Part shown: positions 28,301 to 36,837 of the stretch, piece after piece
Layout of the letters: the number at the start of each line of letters is the position of its first letter
How positions within the stretch are numbered: position 1 is the first letter of the stretch
Assembly: GCA_003104935.1 (NCBI GenBank)
Contig: PQAE01000002.1
Span: 67,527 to 131,526, forward strand
Reading direction: 5' to 3'
Length of the DNA stretch: 64,000 nt
Source of the DNA: Parcubacteria group bacterium
GTDB taxonomy: Bacteria > Patescibacteriota > Patescibacteriia > UBA1558 > GWA2-36-10
The notes under the pieces: model-generated
What the model saw: only the letters and a program-made list of their open reading frames with translations
What the model was told of the DNA's origin: nothing
Databases searched by the model: none
Made by a program: the position numbers and the translations under genes

Positions 28301-28806
28301 CCGTCAAGGTGGCCGGCGTCATAACCAATGTCCATAAAATTATCACTCATCAGGGACAAAATATGCTCTTTGTCACTATTGAAGACTCGCTAAGCAGTAT
28401 TGAGGTAATCGTTTTTCCCCGAACTCTGGAAAAAACCTTTGGCCTTTGGCGCGACGAAAATATGGTTCTGGTCCAAGGCCGAGCCTCGGATAAAGACGGC
28501 CAGATGAAAGTGTTGGTAGAAAGCGCCGAGCTTATCACCGCGGAAACTATCACGGCTCTAGAGAATAAGAAACTGGCTTCCAATAAACTCTGGCTGTCTC
28601 TGCCGGCCGATTTTGATAAGGAGCGTATGAATGAACTCAAGAGTCTGTTGGAAAAATTTCCCGGCCTGACACCGGTTTTTCTGGAGTTGCACAACGGCCA
28701 TGCCCGCAAAATAAAAACTAATCTCAAAGTACTGCCGACTGACGAGCTACAAGGACAACTCGATAAATTTCTCGGGCGGCAGGCCTGGCGGTTGGAGAGC
28801 TATTAA
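25366..28806 (+). CDS. dnaE: DNA polymerase III alpha subunit
   Basis: 1146 aa with an N-terminal PHP domain (HLHTHSHYSLLDG) and a polymerase core (GPGRGSAAGSLVSYLIGIT, PDIDLDF). Confidence 0.9.
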   Translation: MLVHLHTHSHYSLLDGLGTIDQLVNKAKADGATALALTDHGVMYGAIEFYKKCREAGIKPIIGMEAYIAPGSLHDKSSREKPYHLILLAKDNQGYKNLMKLTSLAHLEGFYYKPRLDWETLRQYCQGLIASTACLSGPLDRHIISGQEKSAEQNLELLIDIFGRDNLCLELHVRNMPEQTIINPGLKKLSDKYQVPLIVTNDIHYVHQDDDKAQDVLLCIQTKSKQSDKDRLTYLGENYSMMTDAKLRSLLPDYSQAIDNTQKIADRCNLEIELGKIQLPKYDLPEGVTAEAEMRRLAMEGLQKRFGLTEKEIPANISERLEYELSIIEKTGFAAYFLIVQDFVNWAKQQKIIVGPGRGSAAGSLVSYLIGITNIDPLKYNLIFERFLNPDRISMPDIDLDFADNRRNEVIEYVEQKYGKDHVAQIITFGTMAARASVRDVGRVLGYSYAYCDQIAKMIPMFSSLEEALKNVKELKQLCEEDAEAQRLVDMARKLEGLARHSSTHACGVLITRDPLTDYVPVQYASSDDKTVISQYSLHPIEDLGLLKMDFLGLKNLTILEQAIEIIEATKKIKIDIDLIPLDDKKTFELLQRAETTGVFQLESGGMKRYLKQLKPTELEDIIAMVSLYRPGPIEFIPEYIAGKQGTKTIAYLHPKLEPILSHTYGIAIYQEQIMTIARDLAGFSYGQADVLRKAVGKKIKKLLDEQEEAMVAGMVQNGIDRKTANKIWEFIIPFARYGFNRSHATCYALIAYQTAYLKSNYPEAFMAALLTSDQDNIDRVTIEINECRKMGLEVLAPDVNESFSNFAVVESRDPKQKSKIRFGLCAIKNVGKNIAKVIIRERKANGPYRSMEDFLLRIKDKDLNKKSLESLIKAGAFDKFISRGAALGNLNTILEYHKKIQTDHKSGQNNLFSDLPLTSTVMSLKLDEYADASAEKKLSWEKELLGLYISDHPFKKYAKLLPDSVVSLNALRQKNNQTVKVAGVITNVHKIITHQGQNMLFVTIEDSLSSIEVIVFPRTLEKTFGLWRDENMVLVQGRASDKDGQMKVLVESAELITAETITALENKKLASNKLWLSLPADFDKERMNELKSLLEKFPGLTPVFLELHNGHARKIKTNLKVLPTDELQGQLDKFLGRQAWRLESY

Positions 28807-28913
28807 AGAATACCTGACTTTTTGTCGTTATTTTGTTATAATTAACAAGCTCTTAGCCCGTGGCCCTAACGCCATCAACTATAAGCTATTTGCATTAAGC
28901 ATTAAATAAGTTT

Positions 28914-30044
28914 ATGTCCCCTAATAACCATAATCGTGCCAGCAAAATCTACAGTCGCATTGTCTTTTTTTTCCTAATCCTGACTATTGTCGCCATCGGC
29001 GTAGTATTAAACTTTGCTTTGGCAAAAGCCACTATTAAAATTAAAGGTTATACAGTTGACCAGGAAGCCGATGTCTTGGTAGAAGTGCTTCCCGAGGGTA
29101 GCGAAGCATCTTCCGACCAGGTGCTGGGCAAAATCCTCAACACCTCTTTTGATGCTGAGGTTAGCCAAGAAGTCAGCCAGACCAAGATTGTAGGACAAAA
29201 AGCCGCCGGCTATGTGACGATCTATAATAACTATTCCCAAAACCAGTCCCTGGTAAAAACCACCCGCCTGCTGACCCCGGATAATAAACTTTATCGTCTT
29301 AGTGAATCGATCATGGTGCCGGCCGGCGGAAAAGTAAAGGTTTGGGCCGAGGCCGACCAGGCCGGTGAACAGTTTTTAACTGAGGCGACCAAATTTACTA
29401 TCCCCGGACTCTGGGAAGGACTACAGGATAAAATCTATGGCCAAAGCGATGAGGCTATGCAGATGCAAAGCATACCAAAATATGTGATTACGGAAAATGA
29501 TCTAGCCGAGGCCCAGAAAAAAATAACGGCGACCGCCGGACCGCAAGCTTTACAGACATTTAACGACCTGGTATCGGATAATCTGAAATTAGATCTTACT
29601 AACCTCTCTCTGAAATATGAGGACTTGGCCGGCAACCCGACCATCGGCCAGGAAACAAAAGAGTTTAAGTTTAAACAGACGGTCAAGGCCTACGGTGTAG
29701 TTTTTAACAAAGATGATCTGAATAAAGCCACCCAGGTAAAATTTAAAAATAGCCTGCCGGCCAATGAATCCCTAGTAAGCGCCGATCTGACTAATCTGAA
29801 ATATGCCATTGTCGAGCTGGATGTTGATAAAGGCCGGGCCGTCATCAATGTCAAATTTAACGTCAAAGTAAACGGCAATAACGGCCTGGCTGACATTGAT
29901 AAAAATCGCTTGGCCGGACAGTCTATTGGTGAAGCCCAAAATTATCTGAAAGATGAATTAAAAATTGAGGGTGCAGAAATCAATCTCTGGCCCTTTTGGG
30001 TAAATAAAATCCCCAGCTTCAAAGACCATATTATTATTGAATAA
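28914..30044 (+). CDS. hypothetical secreted/membrane-anchored protein
   Basis: 376 aa with an N-terminal TM helix. Confidence 0.4.
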   Translation: MSPNNHNRASKIYSRIVFFFLILTIVAIGVVLNFALAKATIKIKGYTVDQEADVLVEVLPEGSEASSDQVLGKILNTSFDAEVSQEVSQTKIVGQKAAGYVTIYNNYSQNQSLVKTTRLLTPDNKLYRLSESIMVPAGGKVKVWAEADQAGEQFLTEATKFTIPGLWEGLQDKIYGQSDEAMQMQSIPKYVITENDLAEAQKKITATAGPQALQTFNDLVSDNLKLDLTNLSLKYEDLAGNPTIGQETKEFKFKQTVKAYGVVFNKDDLNKATQVKFKNSLPANESLVSADLTNLKYAIVELDVDKGRAVINVKFNVKVNGNNGLADIDKNRLAGQSIGEAQNYLKDELKIEGAEINLWPFWVNKIPSFKDHIIIE

Positions 30045-30069
30045 ATTTTGTGTTCAGTTTTACTAAATT

Positions 30070-30993
30070 ATGAATCTGCTTTCAGGAATCATTGTCATTG
30101 CCGGGCTCTGTCTATTTGAGATCATCAGTAGCATTGATAATGCCATCATCAACGCCGAGGTCTTAACCACCATGCGGCCCAAAGCGCGCCGCTGGTTTTT
30201 AATCTGGGGACTATTATTTGCTGTTTTCCTGGTACGTGGCCTCCTACCCTGGTTGATCGTCTGGGCCACTACCCCCCAACTAAATGCTTGGCAAGCCCTG
30301 ACCGCCACCTTTACCAGTGATCCCAGAGTGCTGGAGGCGGTAGAACTATCCTCACCTATGTTGCTCATCGGCGGTGGTACCTTCTTAATATTCTTGTTTT
30401 TTCACTGGTTATTTATCGAACCAAAAAACTACGGCTTCCGTGGAGAAAAATTTTTTCACGCCCAATCAGTCTGGTTTTTCGCGATAGTGGCTGTACTACT
30501 GACCCTGATCGTCTGGTTTGCCCTGCAAATTAACCCACTGATGGCTTTTGGCGCCGTTGTCGGTTCTACAGCCTTCTTTATCACTCACGGCTTTAAGCAA
30601 AACGCCGAAGTAGGAGAAAAAAATTTACTGCGCAAAAACATGTCTGATGTCAGTAAAATCCTTTACCTAGAGGTCTTGGATGCCACTTTTTCTATTGACG
30701 GCGTGCTGGGCGCCTTTGCCTTTACTTTGTCGGTGCCCTTAATATTTTTAGGCAACGGCGTCGGAGCTATAGTGGTTCGGCAAATGACCGTCGGTAATCT
30801 AGATAAAATAAAAAAATATATCTACCTCAAAAACGGGGCCATGTATTCTATTCTTTGCCTGGGAATAATTATGCTTTTAGACAGTTTTGGCTTTAACCTG
30901 CCTAGCTGGGCCTCGCCGCTAATAACCTTTGCCTCGGTCGGTTATTTTTTCTATAAATCGAAGCTGCATATTAAACAAAAAGCTGCGGCTTAA
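30070..30993 (+). CDS. TerC/DUF475-family integral membrane protein
   Basis: 307 aa, multi-TM, with EIISSIDNAIINAEVL (the TerC-type SxDN motif). Confidence 0.5.
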   Translation: MNLLSGIIVIAGLCLFEIISSIDNAIINAEVLTTMRPKARRWFLIWGLLFAVFLVRGLLPWLIVWATTPQLNAWQALTATFTSDPRVLEAVELSSPMLLIGGGTFLIFLFFHWLFIEPKNYGFRGEKFFHAQSVWFFAIVAVLLTLIVWFALQINPLMAFGAVVGSTAFFITHGFKQNAEVGEKNLLRKNMSDVSKILYLEVLDATFSIDGVLGAFAFTLSVPLIFLGNGVGAIVVRQMTVGNLDKIKKYIYLKNGAMYSILCLGIIMLLDSFGFNLPSWASPLITFASVGYFFYKSKLHIKQKAAA

Positions 30994-31005
30994 ATGTACC
31001 TTCGT

Positions 31006-31096
31006 TTTTCTGGAACGAAGTCGCGCTCAGCGTGACGAGCGATAGAAACTGGATTCTATCGCCCTGAACCTTACGGTTCATGGCTCCAGAATAGCC
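31006..31096. repeat. MITE-like element with nested inverted repeats, copy A
   Basis: Outer inverted repeat TTCTGGAAC...GGCTCCAGAA and inner inverted repeat CGATAGAA...TTCTATCG. Copy B at 38491-38576 shares both repeats. Confidence 0.5.
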
Positions 31097-31104
31097 AAAA
31101 ATTT

Positions 31105-31133
31105 TGACTTTCCCCTGTTTTTAGAGCTATAAT
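31105..31133 (+). promoter_or_regulatory. sigma70-like promoter (TTGACT-17-TATAAT)
   Basis: TTGACT at 31105-31110 and TATAAT at 31128-31133. Confidence 0.45.
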
Positions 31134-31139
31134 TATTGC

Positions 31140-31400
31140 TGTCCGGTGACTGCTGTTAGCTACCAACTAACTCCGATAATTTGCCGAAAAATTGGCTAAA
31201 TGAGTGCTCTACTTTTCTTCGAGCGAAATCGCGCTGGGCGCGATGAGTCGAGAAGCTGAGTAAAGAATTTGGGTGGAACCACCGAAAGGTGCCCTGTACC
31301 CGAACAACCCTAAAAACCCGAACGAAGTGAGCGGTTTACGGGAAGTGAGTGGTACAGGGCGAACCAATTGGTCCCAAAGCAATCTAGCTTTGGGTTATTT
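31140..31400 (+). ncRNA. structured leader/sRNA with a 3' intrinsic terminator immediately upstream of ORF 31413..31796
   Basis: Long-range helix GCCCTGTACC/GGTACAGGGC, hairpin GGTGGAACCACC, the palindrome CTTCGAGCG..CGAGAAG, and a terminator CCCAAAGC-loop-GCTTTGGG + T-run at 31373-31412. The ORF's ATG follows 12 nt after the T-run. Confidence 0.4.
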
Positions 31401-31412
31401 TAATTTAAAAAT

Positions 31413-31796
31413 ATGTGCACAATTACAAGCTTTTTGGAATTATTAAATAAATACTCTGGTTTAATAACTGCCGTGACATTGATATTTGGCAGTTTATGGG
31501 GAATTGTAAAATTTAGAGAACATATAAAAGACAAACGTTTTAATACATACCATAAATTAATTGATGAATTAGTAAACGAACAAATACAACCCGACAGAAA
31601 AATTAAGCTTGATCGTCAAATAGCGATAATTTATGAATTAAGAAGCTTCACAAATTATTTTGGTGTTTCAGCTAGAATACTAGATGGTTTAAAAAAAGAG
31701 TGGTCAAACGGAAACGAAAGAGTAATGGTTGAGATTGATCTGTCACTTGCTTACATGAGAAAAAATTGGTTGTGTAGACTAATAAAAAATAAATAA
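31413..31796 (+). CDS. hypothetical protein, AT-rich orphan ORF with an N-terminal TM helix
   Basis: 127 aa, ~32% GC, between repeat elements and thrS. No recognised motif. Confidence 0.4.
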   Translation: MCTITSFLELLNKYSGLITAVTLIFGSLWGIVKFREHIKDKRFNTYHKLIDELVNEQIQPDRKIKLDRQIAIIYELRSFTNYFGVSARILDGLKKEWSNGNERVMVEIDLSLAYMRKNWLCRLIKNK

Positions 31797-31839
31797 ACGA
31801 ACTGCGCACAAAACGCTATTATCTTAATCAATTAAAATT

Positions 31840-33597
31840 ATGAATAACTCAAAATTGGACCACATTCGCCACTCGCTCTCCCATATCTTGGCCATGGCCG
31901 TGCTAAAAAAATTTCCCGATGCTAAATTAGGCATTGGGCCGACTATAGATAACGGCTTTTATTATGATTTTCTCTTGCCCGATAAACTGTCCGAGGAAGA
32001 TTTGCCGGAATTGGAAAAATCCATGCGCCAGATCATCGGCCAAAAAATAGACTTTAAGAAATCCGTTTTGTCCCGCGCTGAAGCCCTGAAAAAAGTGTCG
32101 GCGAACAAACAGAACTTCAAAGAGGAATTAATCAATGATTTGCCCGAAAATGAGGAAATAAGCTTTTATGAGTCCGACGATTTTACCGACCTTTGTGCCG
32201 GCCCGCATGTTGAAAACAGCTCGGAAATAAATACGGAGAGTTTTAAACTGACGCATCTGGCCGGAGCTTATTGGCGCGGCGATGACACCAGAGACATGCT
32301 GACCAGAATTTATGGTGTGGCTTTTAACAATAAAAATGAACTGGCTGAACACCTGAAAATGCTGGAGGAAGCCAAGCTACGCGATCACCGCAAACTGGGT
32401 AAAGAATTGGATTTATTTACTTTTTCCGATATGATCGGCGGCGGTCTACCGGTCTGGCTACCCCACGGCACAGTCCTGCGCGATGAGCTGGAAAAACTGG
32501 CCAAAGAAACCGAATTTCAATGCGGCTATGAGCGCGTTTCCACCCCCGTTATTAGCAAAGAAGCCTTGTTTCTGAAAAGTGGCCATCTGCCTCATTATAA
32601 AGAAAGTATGTATGCGCCGATGGATATTGACGGCGAGGATTACTATATCAAGCCGATGAACTGCCCCTTTCACCATGTCGTTTTCCAGAGCAAGATGCGC
32701 AGTTATCGTGAATTGCCTCTGCGTCTAGCCGAATACGGCCTCTGCCACCGCTACGAAAAATCCGGCGAGCTGCAGGGACTGATGCGCGTGCGTAGTATGT
32801 GTATGAATGACGCTCACATCTATGTCCGACCGGATCAGGTCAAAGAGGAAATCAAACAGGTCATCCAGATGCACCAGTATTATTATAATTTGTTTGGCAT
32901 TGATAAGGTCAGTTTCCGCTTGTCCAAGCATGATCCGGCTGATTTGGGCGGCAAATATGTTAATATGCCCCAAGAATGGGCGGACAATGAACAGATCCTG
33001 CGCGAAGTACTGACCGAAATGAAAGTAGACTTTTTTGAAGCGGAAAACGAAGCCTCTTTTTACGGACCAAAGATCGACGTGCAGATTTTCTCCGCCATCG
33101 GCAAAGAATACACTATCGGCACGGTCCAGCTGGACTTTGCTCAGCCGCAAAAATTTGAGCTAAAATATACTGATGAGACTGGTAAAGAAGTAATGCCCTA
33201 TTGTATCCACCGCGCTCCTCTATCAGTACATGAACGGTTTATTGCTTTTCTGATCGAACATTTTGGTGCCAACTTTCCGCTATGGTTATCGCCGGTGCAA
33301 GTCAGAATAAACTCGGTGGCGGACAAACACAGCGAGTTTTGCCAAAATTTAGGCCAAGAATTGAAGAAACATTTTATCCGGGTCCAAGTCGATCTCAGTG
33401 CCGAGACTGTCGGCAACAAAATCCGTAAGAGTGCCAAAGAAAAAATTCCCTATACGCTGGTAATCGGCGACAAAGAAATGGCTTCAGACAAACTAGCCGT
33501 GCGCGTGCGTGGGCAAGAAAAGCTCTGGGAAGTGAGTAAAGATGATTTTATTAGAAACATAAGCGAAAACATCAAACAACGTAAATTAGAATTATGA
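31840..33597 (+). CDS. thrS: threonyl-tRNA synthetase
   Basis: 585 aa with DHRKLGKELDLF and the class II motifs. The N-terminal region is short. Confidence 0.9.
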   Translation: MNNSKLDHIRHSLSHILAMAVLKKFPDAKLGIGPTIDNGFYYDFLLPDKLSEEDLPELEKSMRQIIGQKIDFKKSVLSRAEALKKVSANKQNFKEELINDLPENEEISFYESDDFTDLCAGPHVENSSEINTESFKLTHLAGAYWRGDDTRDMLTRIYGVAFNNKNELAEHLKMLEEAKLRDHRKLGKELDLFTFSDMIGGGLPVWLPHGTVLRDELEKLAKETEFQCGYERVSTPVISKEALFLKSGHLPHYKESMYAPMDIDGEDYYIKPMNCPFHHVVFQSKMRSYRELPLRLAEYGLCHRYEKSGELQGLMRVRSMCMNDAHIYVRPDQVKEEIKQVIQMHQYYYNLFGIDKVSFRLSKHDPADLGGKYVNMPQEWADNEQILREVLTEMKVDFFEAENEASFYGPKIDVQIFSAIGKEYTIGTVQLDFAQPQKFELKYTDETGKEVMPYCIHRAPLSVHERFIAFLIEHFGANFPLWLSPVQVRINSVADKHSEFCQNLGQELKKHFIRVQVDLSAETVGNKIRKSAKEKIPYTLVIGDKEMASDKLAVRVRGQEKLWEVSKDDFIRNISENIKQRKLEL

Positions 33598-35015
33598 TAA
33601 ATATTCCTCAGGCCTTGACCTATGACGACGTGCTTTTGGTCCCGAAAAAATCCACGATCAGCTCACGCAGTCAGGTCAATACCACTACTAAAATATCTCG
33701 AAATCTGGGGCTAAAGATTCCCTTGGTCAGTGCCAACATGGACACCGTTACCGAAAGCCAAATGGCTATAGCCATGGCTCTGTCCGGGGGCCTCGGTGTA
33801 ATTCACCGCTTTTGCGATGTCACCAGGCAGGCGCGAGAAGTAGCTCGGGTTAAACGTAAACAAAATATTGTTATTGATCATCCTTTTACCGTGTCCCCGG
33901 AAGAAAATCTAGCCGCGGTCAAGGCTAAGATTATTGAGCATAATTGCAAAAGTTTTTTGGTCAGCGACCGGGAAAATAATCTCTTGGGAATACTCACCAA
34001 CCGCGACATAAAATTTGTCAAAGACGAACAGACTTTGGTCCGAGATATGATGACAGCAAAAGAAAAGCTGATTACCGCCCGCGATGGTATCAGTCCGGAA
34101 GCGGCCAAGGAACTTTTAACCAAACATAAAATTGAAAAACTGCCATTAGTAGATGAAAATTTTAAAATTAAAGGACTGATTACGGCGGCGGATTTTCTCA
34201 ATCATTTTAATAACAATCAAGCGGCCAAAGATAATAAAGGACGGCTCTTGGTCGGAGCGGCCATCGGCGTACGCGGTGATTATATGGAACGGGTAGATGC
34301 TCTGGTCAAGGCCGAGGTTGATTTATTAGTCTTGGACATTGCTCACGGACATTCCGAAATCGCTATCAAGGCGATCAAAGAAATCAAAACTAAATATCCT
34401 CAAATGGAGCTAGTCGGCGGCAATGTGGCTACTCGCGAAGGCGCGGAAGATTTAATTCAGGCCGGAGTGGATGCCATCAAAGTTGGCATTGGGTCGGGTT
34501 CAATCTGCACCACGCGGACAACTACCGGCTTTGGTGTGCCGCAGCTTACAGCCATTATGAACGCCTCCCAGTCCTGCCGCAAACATAATATTCCTCTGAT
34601 TGCCGACAGCGGCATTCGTAAGCCGGCCGATATTGTAAAGGCCTTAGCCGCCGGCGCGGACACGGTCATGATTGGCGGACAATTTGCCGGCACCGATGAA
34701 GCTCCCGGACCGATTATCACTTACCAGGGAAGACGCTACAAGATATCACGCGGCATGGCTTCTCTGACCGCCGCTCTCTCCCGCCCTGATGCCAAAGAAA
34801 ATCTCAGCCAGATTACTCCCGAGGGTATAGAAGCCCGCGTGCCCTATCGCGGACCGGTACAAAACATTATTGACCTATTTATGGGGGGACTGCGCTCCGG
34901 TATGAGTTATGGCAATGCTCAGACTATCGCCGAACTGCGCGAACACGCCGAGTTTATCCAGATCACGGCCGCGGGATCAATAGAATCCGGTTCGCATGAT
35001 AATGAATTGTTATAA
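33594..35015 (+). CDS. guaB: IMP dehydrogenase
   Basis: 473 aa with SANMDTVTE, the catalytic loop [11 protein letters not shown] and an inserted CBS pair. Confidence 0.9.
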   Translation: MINIPQALTYDDVLLVPKKSTISSRSQVNTTTKISRNLGLKIPLVSANMDTVTESQMAIAMALSGGLGVIHRFCDVTRQAREVARVKRKQNIVIDHPFTVSPEENLAAVKAKIIEHNCKSFLVSDRENNLLGILTNRDIKFVKDEQTLVRDMMTAKEKLITARDGISPEAAKELLTKHKIEKLPLVDENFKIKGLITAADFLNHFNNNQAAKDNKGRLLVGAAIGVRGDYMERVDALVKAEVDLLVLDIAHGHSEIAIKAIKEIKTKYPQMELVGGNVATREGAEDLIQAGVDAIKVGIGSGSICTTRTTTGFGVPQLTAIMNASQSCRKHNIPLIADSGIRKPADIVKALAAGADTVMIGGQFAGTDEAPGPIITYQGRRYKISRGMASLTAALSRPDAKENLSQITPEGIEARVPYRGPVQNIIDLFMGGLRSGMSYGNAQTIAELREHAEFIQITAAGSIESGSHDNELL

Positions 35016-35078
35016 TATCCAATAAATATAAAAATTAATCTTCGCCAAAAGCGGAGATTTTTTTATAATATTATACTA

Positions 35079-35107
35079 TTGACAATTCTACTAAAATATG
35101 TTAGTAT
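35079..35107 (+). promoter_or_regulatory. sigma70-like promoter (TTGACA-17-TAGTAT)
   Basis: Upstream of a hairpin-rich leader (CCCTTAGG..CCTAAGAG and CTCTCCCGGCTGGGAGA) and the RBS GGAGGTG. Confidence 0.4.
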
Positions 35108-35187
35108 ATAAAGTCCCTTAGGAAATCCTAAGAGACTCTCCCGGCTGGGAGAATTCACATCCTACGTGGCGTTTGGAGGTGAATAAA

Positions 35188-35397
35188 ATGACACTGACTT
35201 CTCAGCGCAAGGGTGAGATCGCTCTCGCTGCCATCAAGTTGCAGGTGCAACGCGAAGGCATCCGGAACTTCAAACCCCGGGCCATGAGGCGTCGGATGGG
35301 CGAGTTTGCCAAGCTCACCGGATTCTCGGTGGACGAGCTCGAACAGTTCTTTCGGGAAATGTTCCAGGAGGTCCTGGACGAAACTCTCGCGAAGTAA
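35188..35397 (+). CDS. hypothetical small protein (GC-rich islet)
   Basis: 69 aa, ~58% GC, with a strong RBS. Followed by GC-rich hairpins. Confidence 0.4.
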   Translation: MTLTSQRKGEIALAAIKLQVQREGIRNFKPRAMRRRMGEFAKLTGFSVDELEQFFREMFQEVLDETLAK

Positions 35398-35547
35398 GTA
35401 GCGAGATGTAAAGAGGGAGAGGGGTTGAGACCGCCCGGGTCTCGTGAAAGGGTAATTGTGTTCTCCGGCTCACAGGCCGATGGAACCAGAATAAGAACCC
35501 TACCTCCTCCCTCTTTTATGTTTGCTAAAATAGATTTATTAACATAA

Positions 35548-35582
35548 AAACGCTCCCGAGTCTATGACCCGGGAGCGTTTTG
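35548..35582. terminator. bidirectional intrinsic terminator between convergent genes
   Basis: AAACGCTCCCG-loop-CGGGAGCGTTT. Confidence 0.5.
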
Positions 35583-35596
35583 AAAACAGCGCACAG

Positions 35597-36739
35597 CTAG
35601 TTGTTCCGACGGGGAACTTCAGCCGACCGCTTTTTCTCCGCAGCGTAAAGGAACATGATGGCAACTAACAGCAAACCGACGCCTACCCACTCTTCACTCT
35701 TTGGCCAAGGCAGCCCCAAGAGCCAATGAGCCCCCAGCGTAGCTATCACCCCGGCCAACAGCGAGGAGGTCCGATTAGCCACACCGGCGAAAGTCGCCGT
35801 ACGCCCCCGATACATGAAGATGAACACCGAAGTGAAGGCAATACAGCCGTAGAAAACACCGGAGGCGTTTGCCAATAGATTGGCATGGTGAGCCGCTTGC
35901 TGCAAATCAAGCAAGCGCGGGTCCGTCCAGTGGAAAACGCTGGTCGCCCACAAGAGTAGCGGCACGGTCACTATCAGAGTGGCCCAGGCCGCGAACTGCT
36001 CATAGGAGAAGTAACCCTTGTTGTCCTGCTCGCGACCGTGCCGCGTGTTCTTGTAATAGTTCATGCAGTACAGTCGGATCGCATAGGCGATCACATAGGC
36101 AGCCAGCACGATGTAATGGAAGGTGTCTAACCCGGAGGTCGTCAGAGCGACCCCGTTTTTCGGAGTAGCGACCGCTGCTACTGTCGGGAAAAGCCTCGCT
36201 TTTAAAGGCCCGTACAGCATCATCACGGCCACCGCCAGCAAGGCCAGAATCACGGCCCAGCTTTCTTCCGCATAGACGCGCTTGCGCATCAGTCCCTGTC
36301 TGATTTGGATCCAATCCACCAGGCGACTGATAACAATAACACAGCCGCGCATGATGGCCATGGCCACCATCACCGACAAACCGGTGCGCGTGTACATCAA
36401 TGTAGTGCCGGGAATGATGACCGCGGCGCAGATCCCAGACAATACAATGTAAGGAGTCTCCACCGGTGTGCTGAACAGACCGAACCGGCGTCGATCACTG
36501 CCGGGCATGCGGTACCAGCGCCAGACGAGCACCACGGCCAGCGCGACGATCACGCTACCGGTAGTGTTGTAATAGGTGTAGGTCAGCTCCGGCAGGCCGA
36601 GGTTATGGGTGAAGTACTTAGCCGAAATGCCATTAGCGACATAGAGAATACAGTACAACCCACATAACTTGACCAGCGGGCGGATGTCAGGCAAGCCAGA
36701 TGTTTTCATATTATCCCTCGCATTTTTTGCTGCAATCAA
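35597..36739 (-). CDS. multi-pass integral membrane protein (transporter-like), GC-rich islet
   Basis: 380 aa with about 10 TM helices and ~55% GC. No family assigned. Confidence 0.5.
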   Translation of the reverse strand: MIAAKNARDNMKTSGLPDIRPLVKLCGLYCILYVANGISAKYFTHNLGLPELTYTYYNTTGSVIVALAVVLVWRWYRMPGSDRRRFGLFSTPVETPYIVLSGICAAVIIPGTTLMYTRTGLSVMVAMAIMRGCVIVISRLVDWIQIRQGLMRKRVYAEESWAVILALLAVAVMMLYGPLKARLFPTVAAVATPKNGVALTTSGLDTFHYIVLAAYVIAYAIRLYCMNYYKNTRHGREQDNKGYFSYEQFAAWATLIVTVPLLLWATSVFHWTDPRLLDLQQAAHHANLLANASGVFYGCIAFTSVFIFMYRGRTATFAGVANRTSSLLAGVIATLGAHWLLGLPWPKSEEWVGVGLLLVAIMFLYAAEKKRSAEVPRRNN

Positions 36740-36789
36740 GATTGTGACGAACCAAAACTAACCCTTAAAGTTACTCTTCGCCATAAGTC

Positions 36790-36818
36790 TTGTCAAATGT
36801 CCTAAAAAAAGTTAGTAT
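36790..36818 (+). promoter_or_regulatory. sigma70-like promoter (TTGTCA-17-TAGTAT) for miaB
   Basis: It overlaps the first ATG of the track ORF, which is why the miaB start is moved downstream. Confidence 0.4.
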
Positions 36819-36837
36819 AAATCATAAAAGAATTTTT

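Noticed and set aside
25366-28806. Many 60-130-aa antisense or alternative-frame ORFs inside dnaE, thrS, guaB, gatB, the kinase, pilB and others
   Set aside because: They are fully contained within well-supported long genes on the opposite strand or in another frame. No independent signals.
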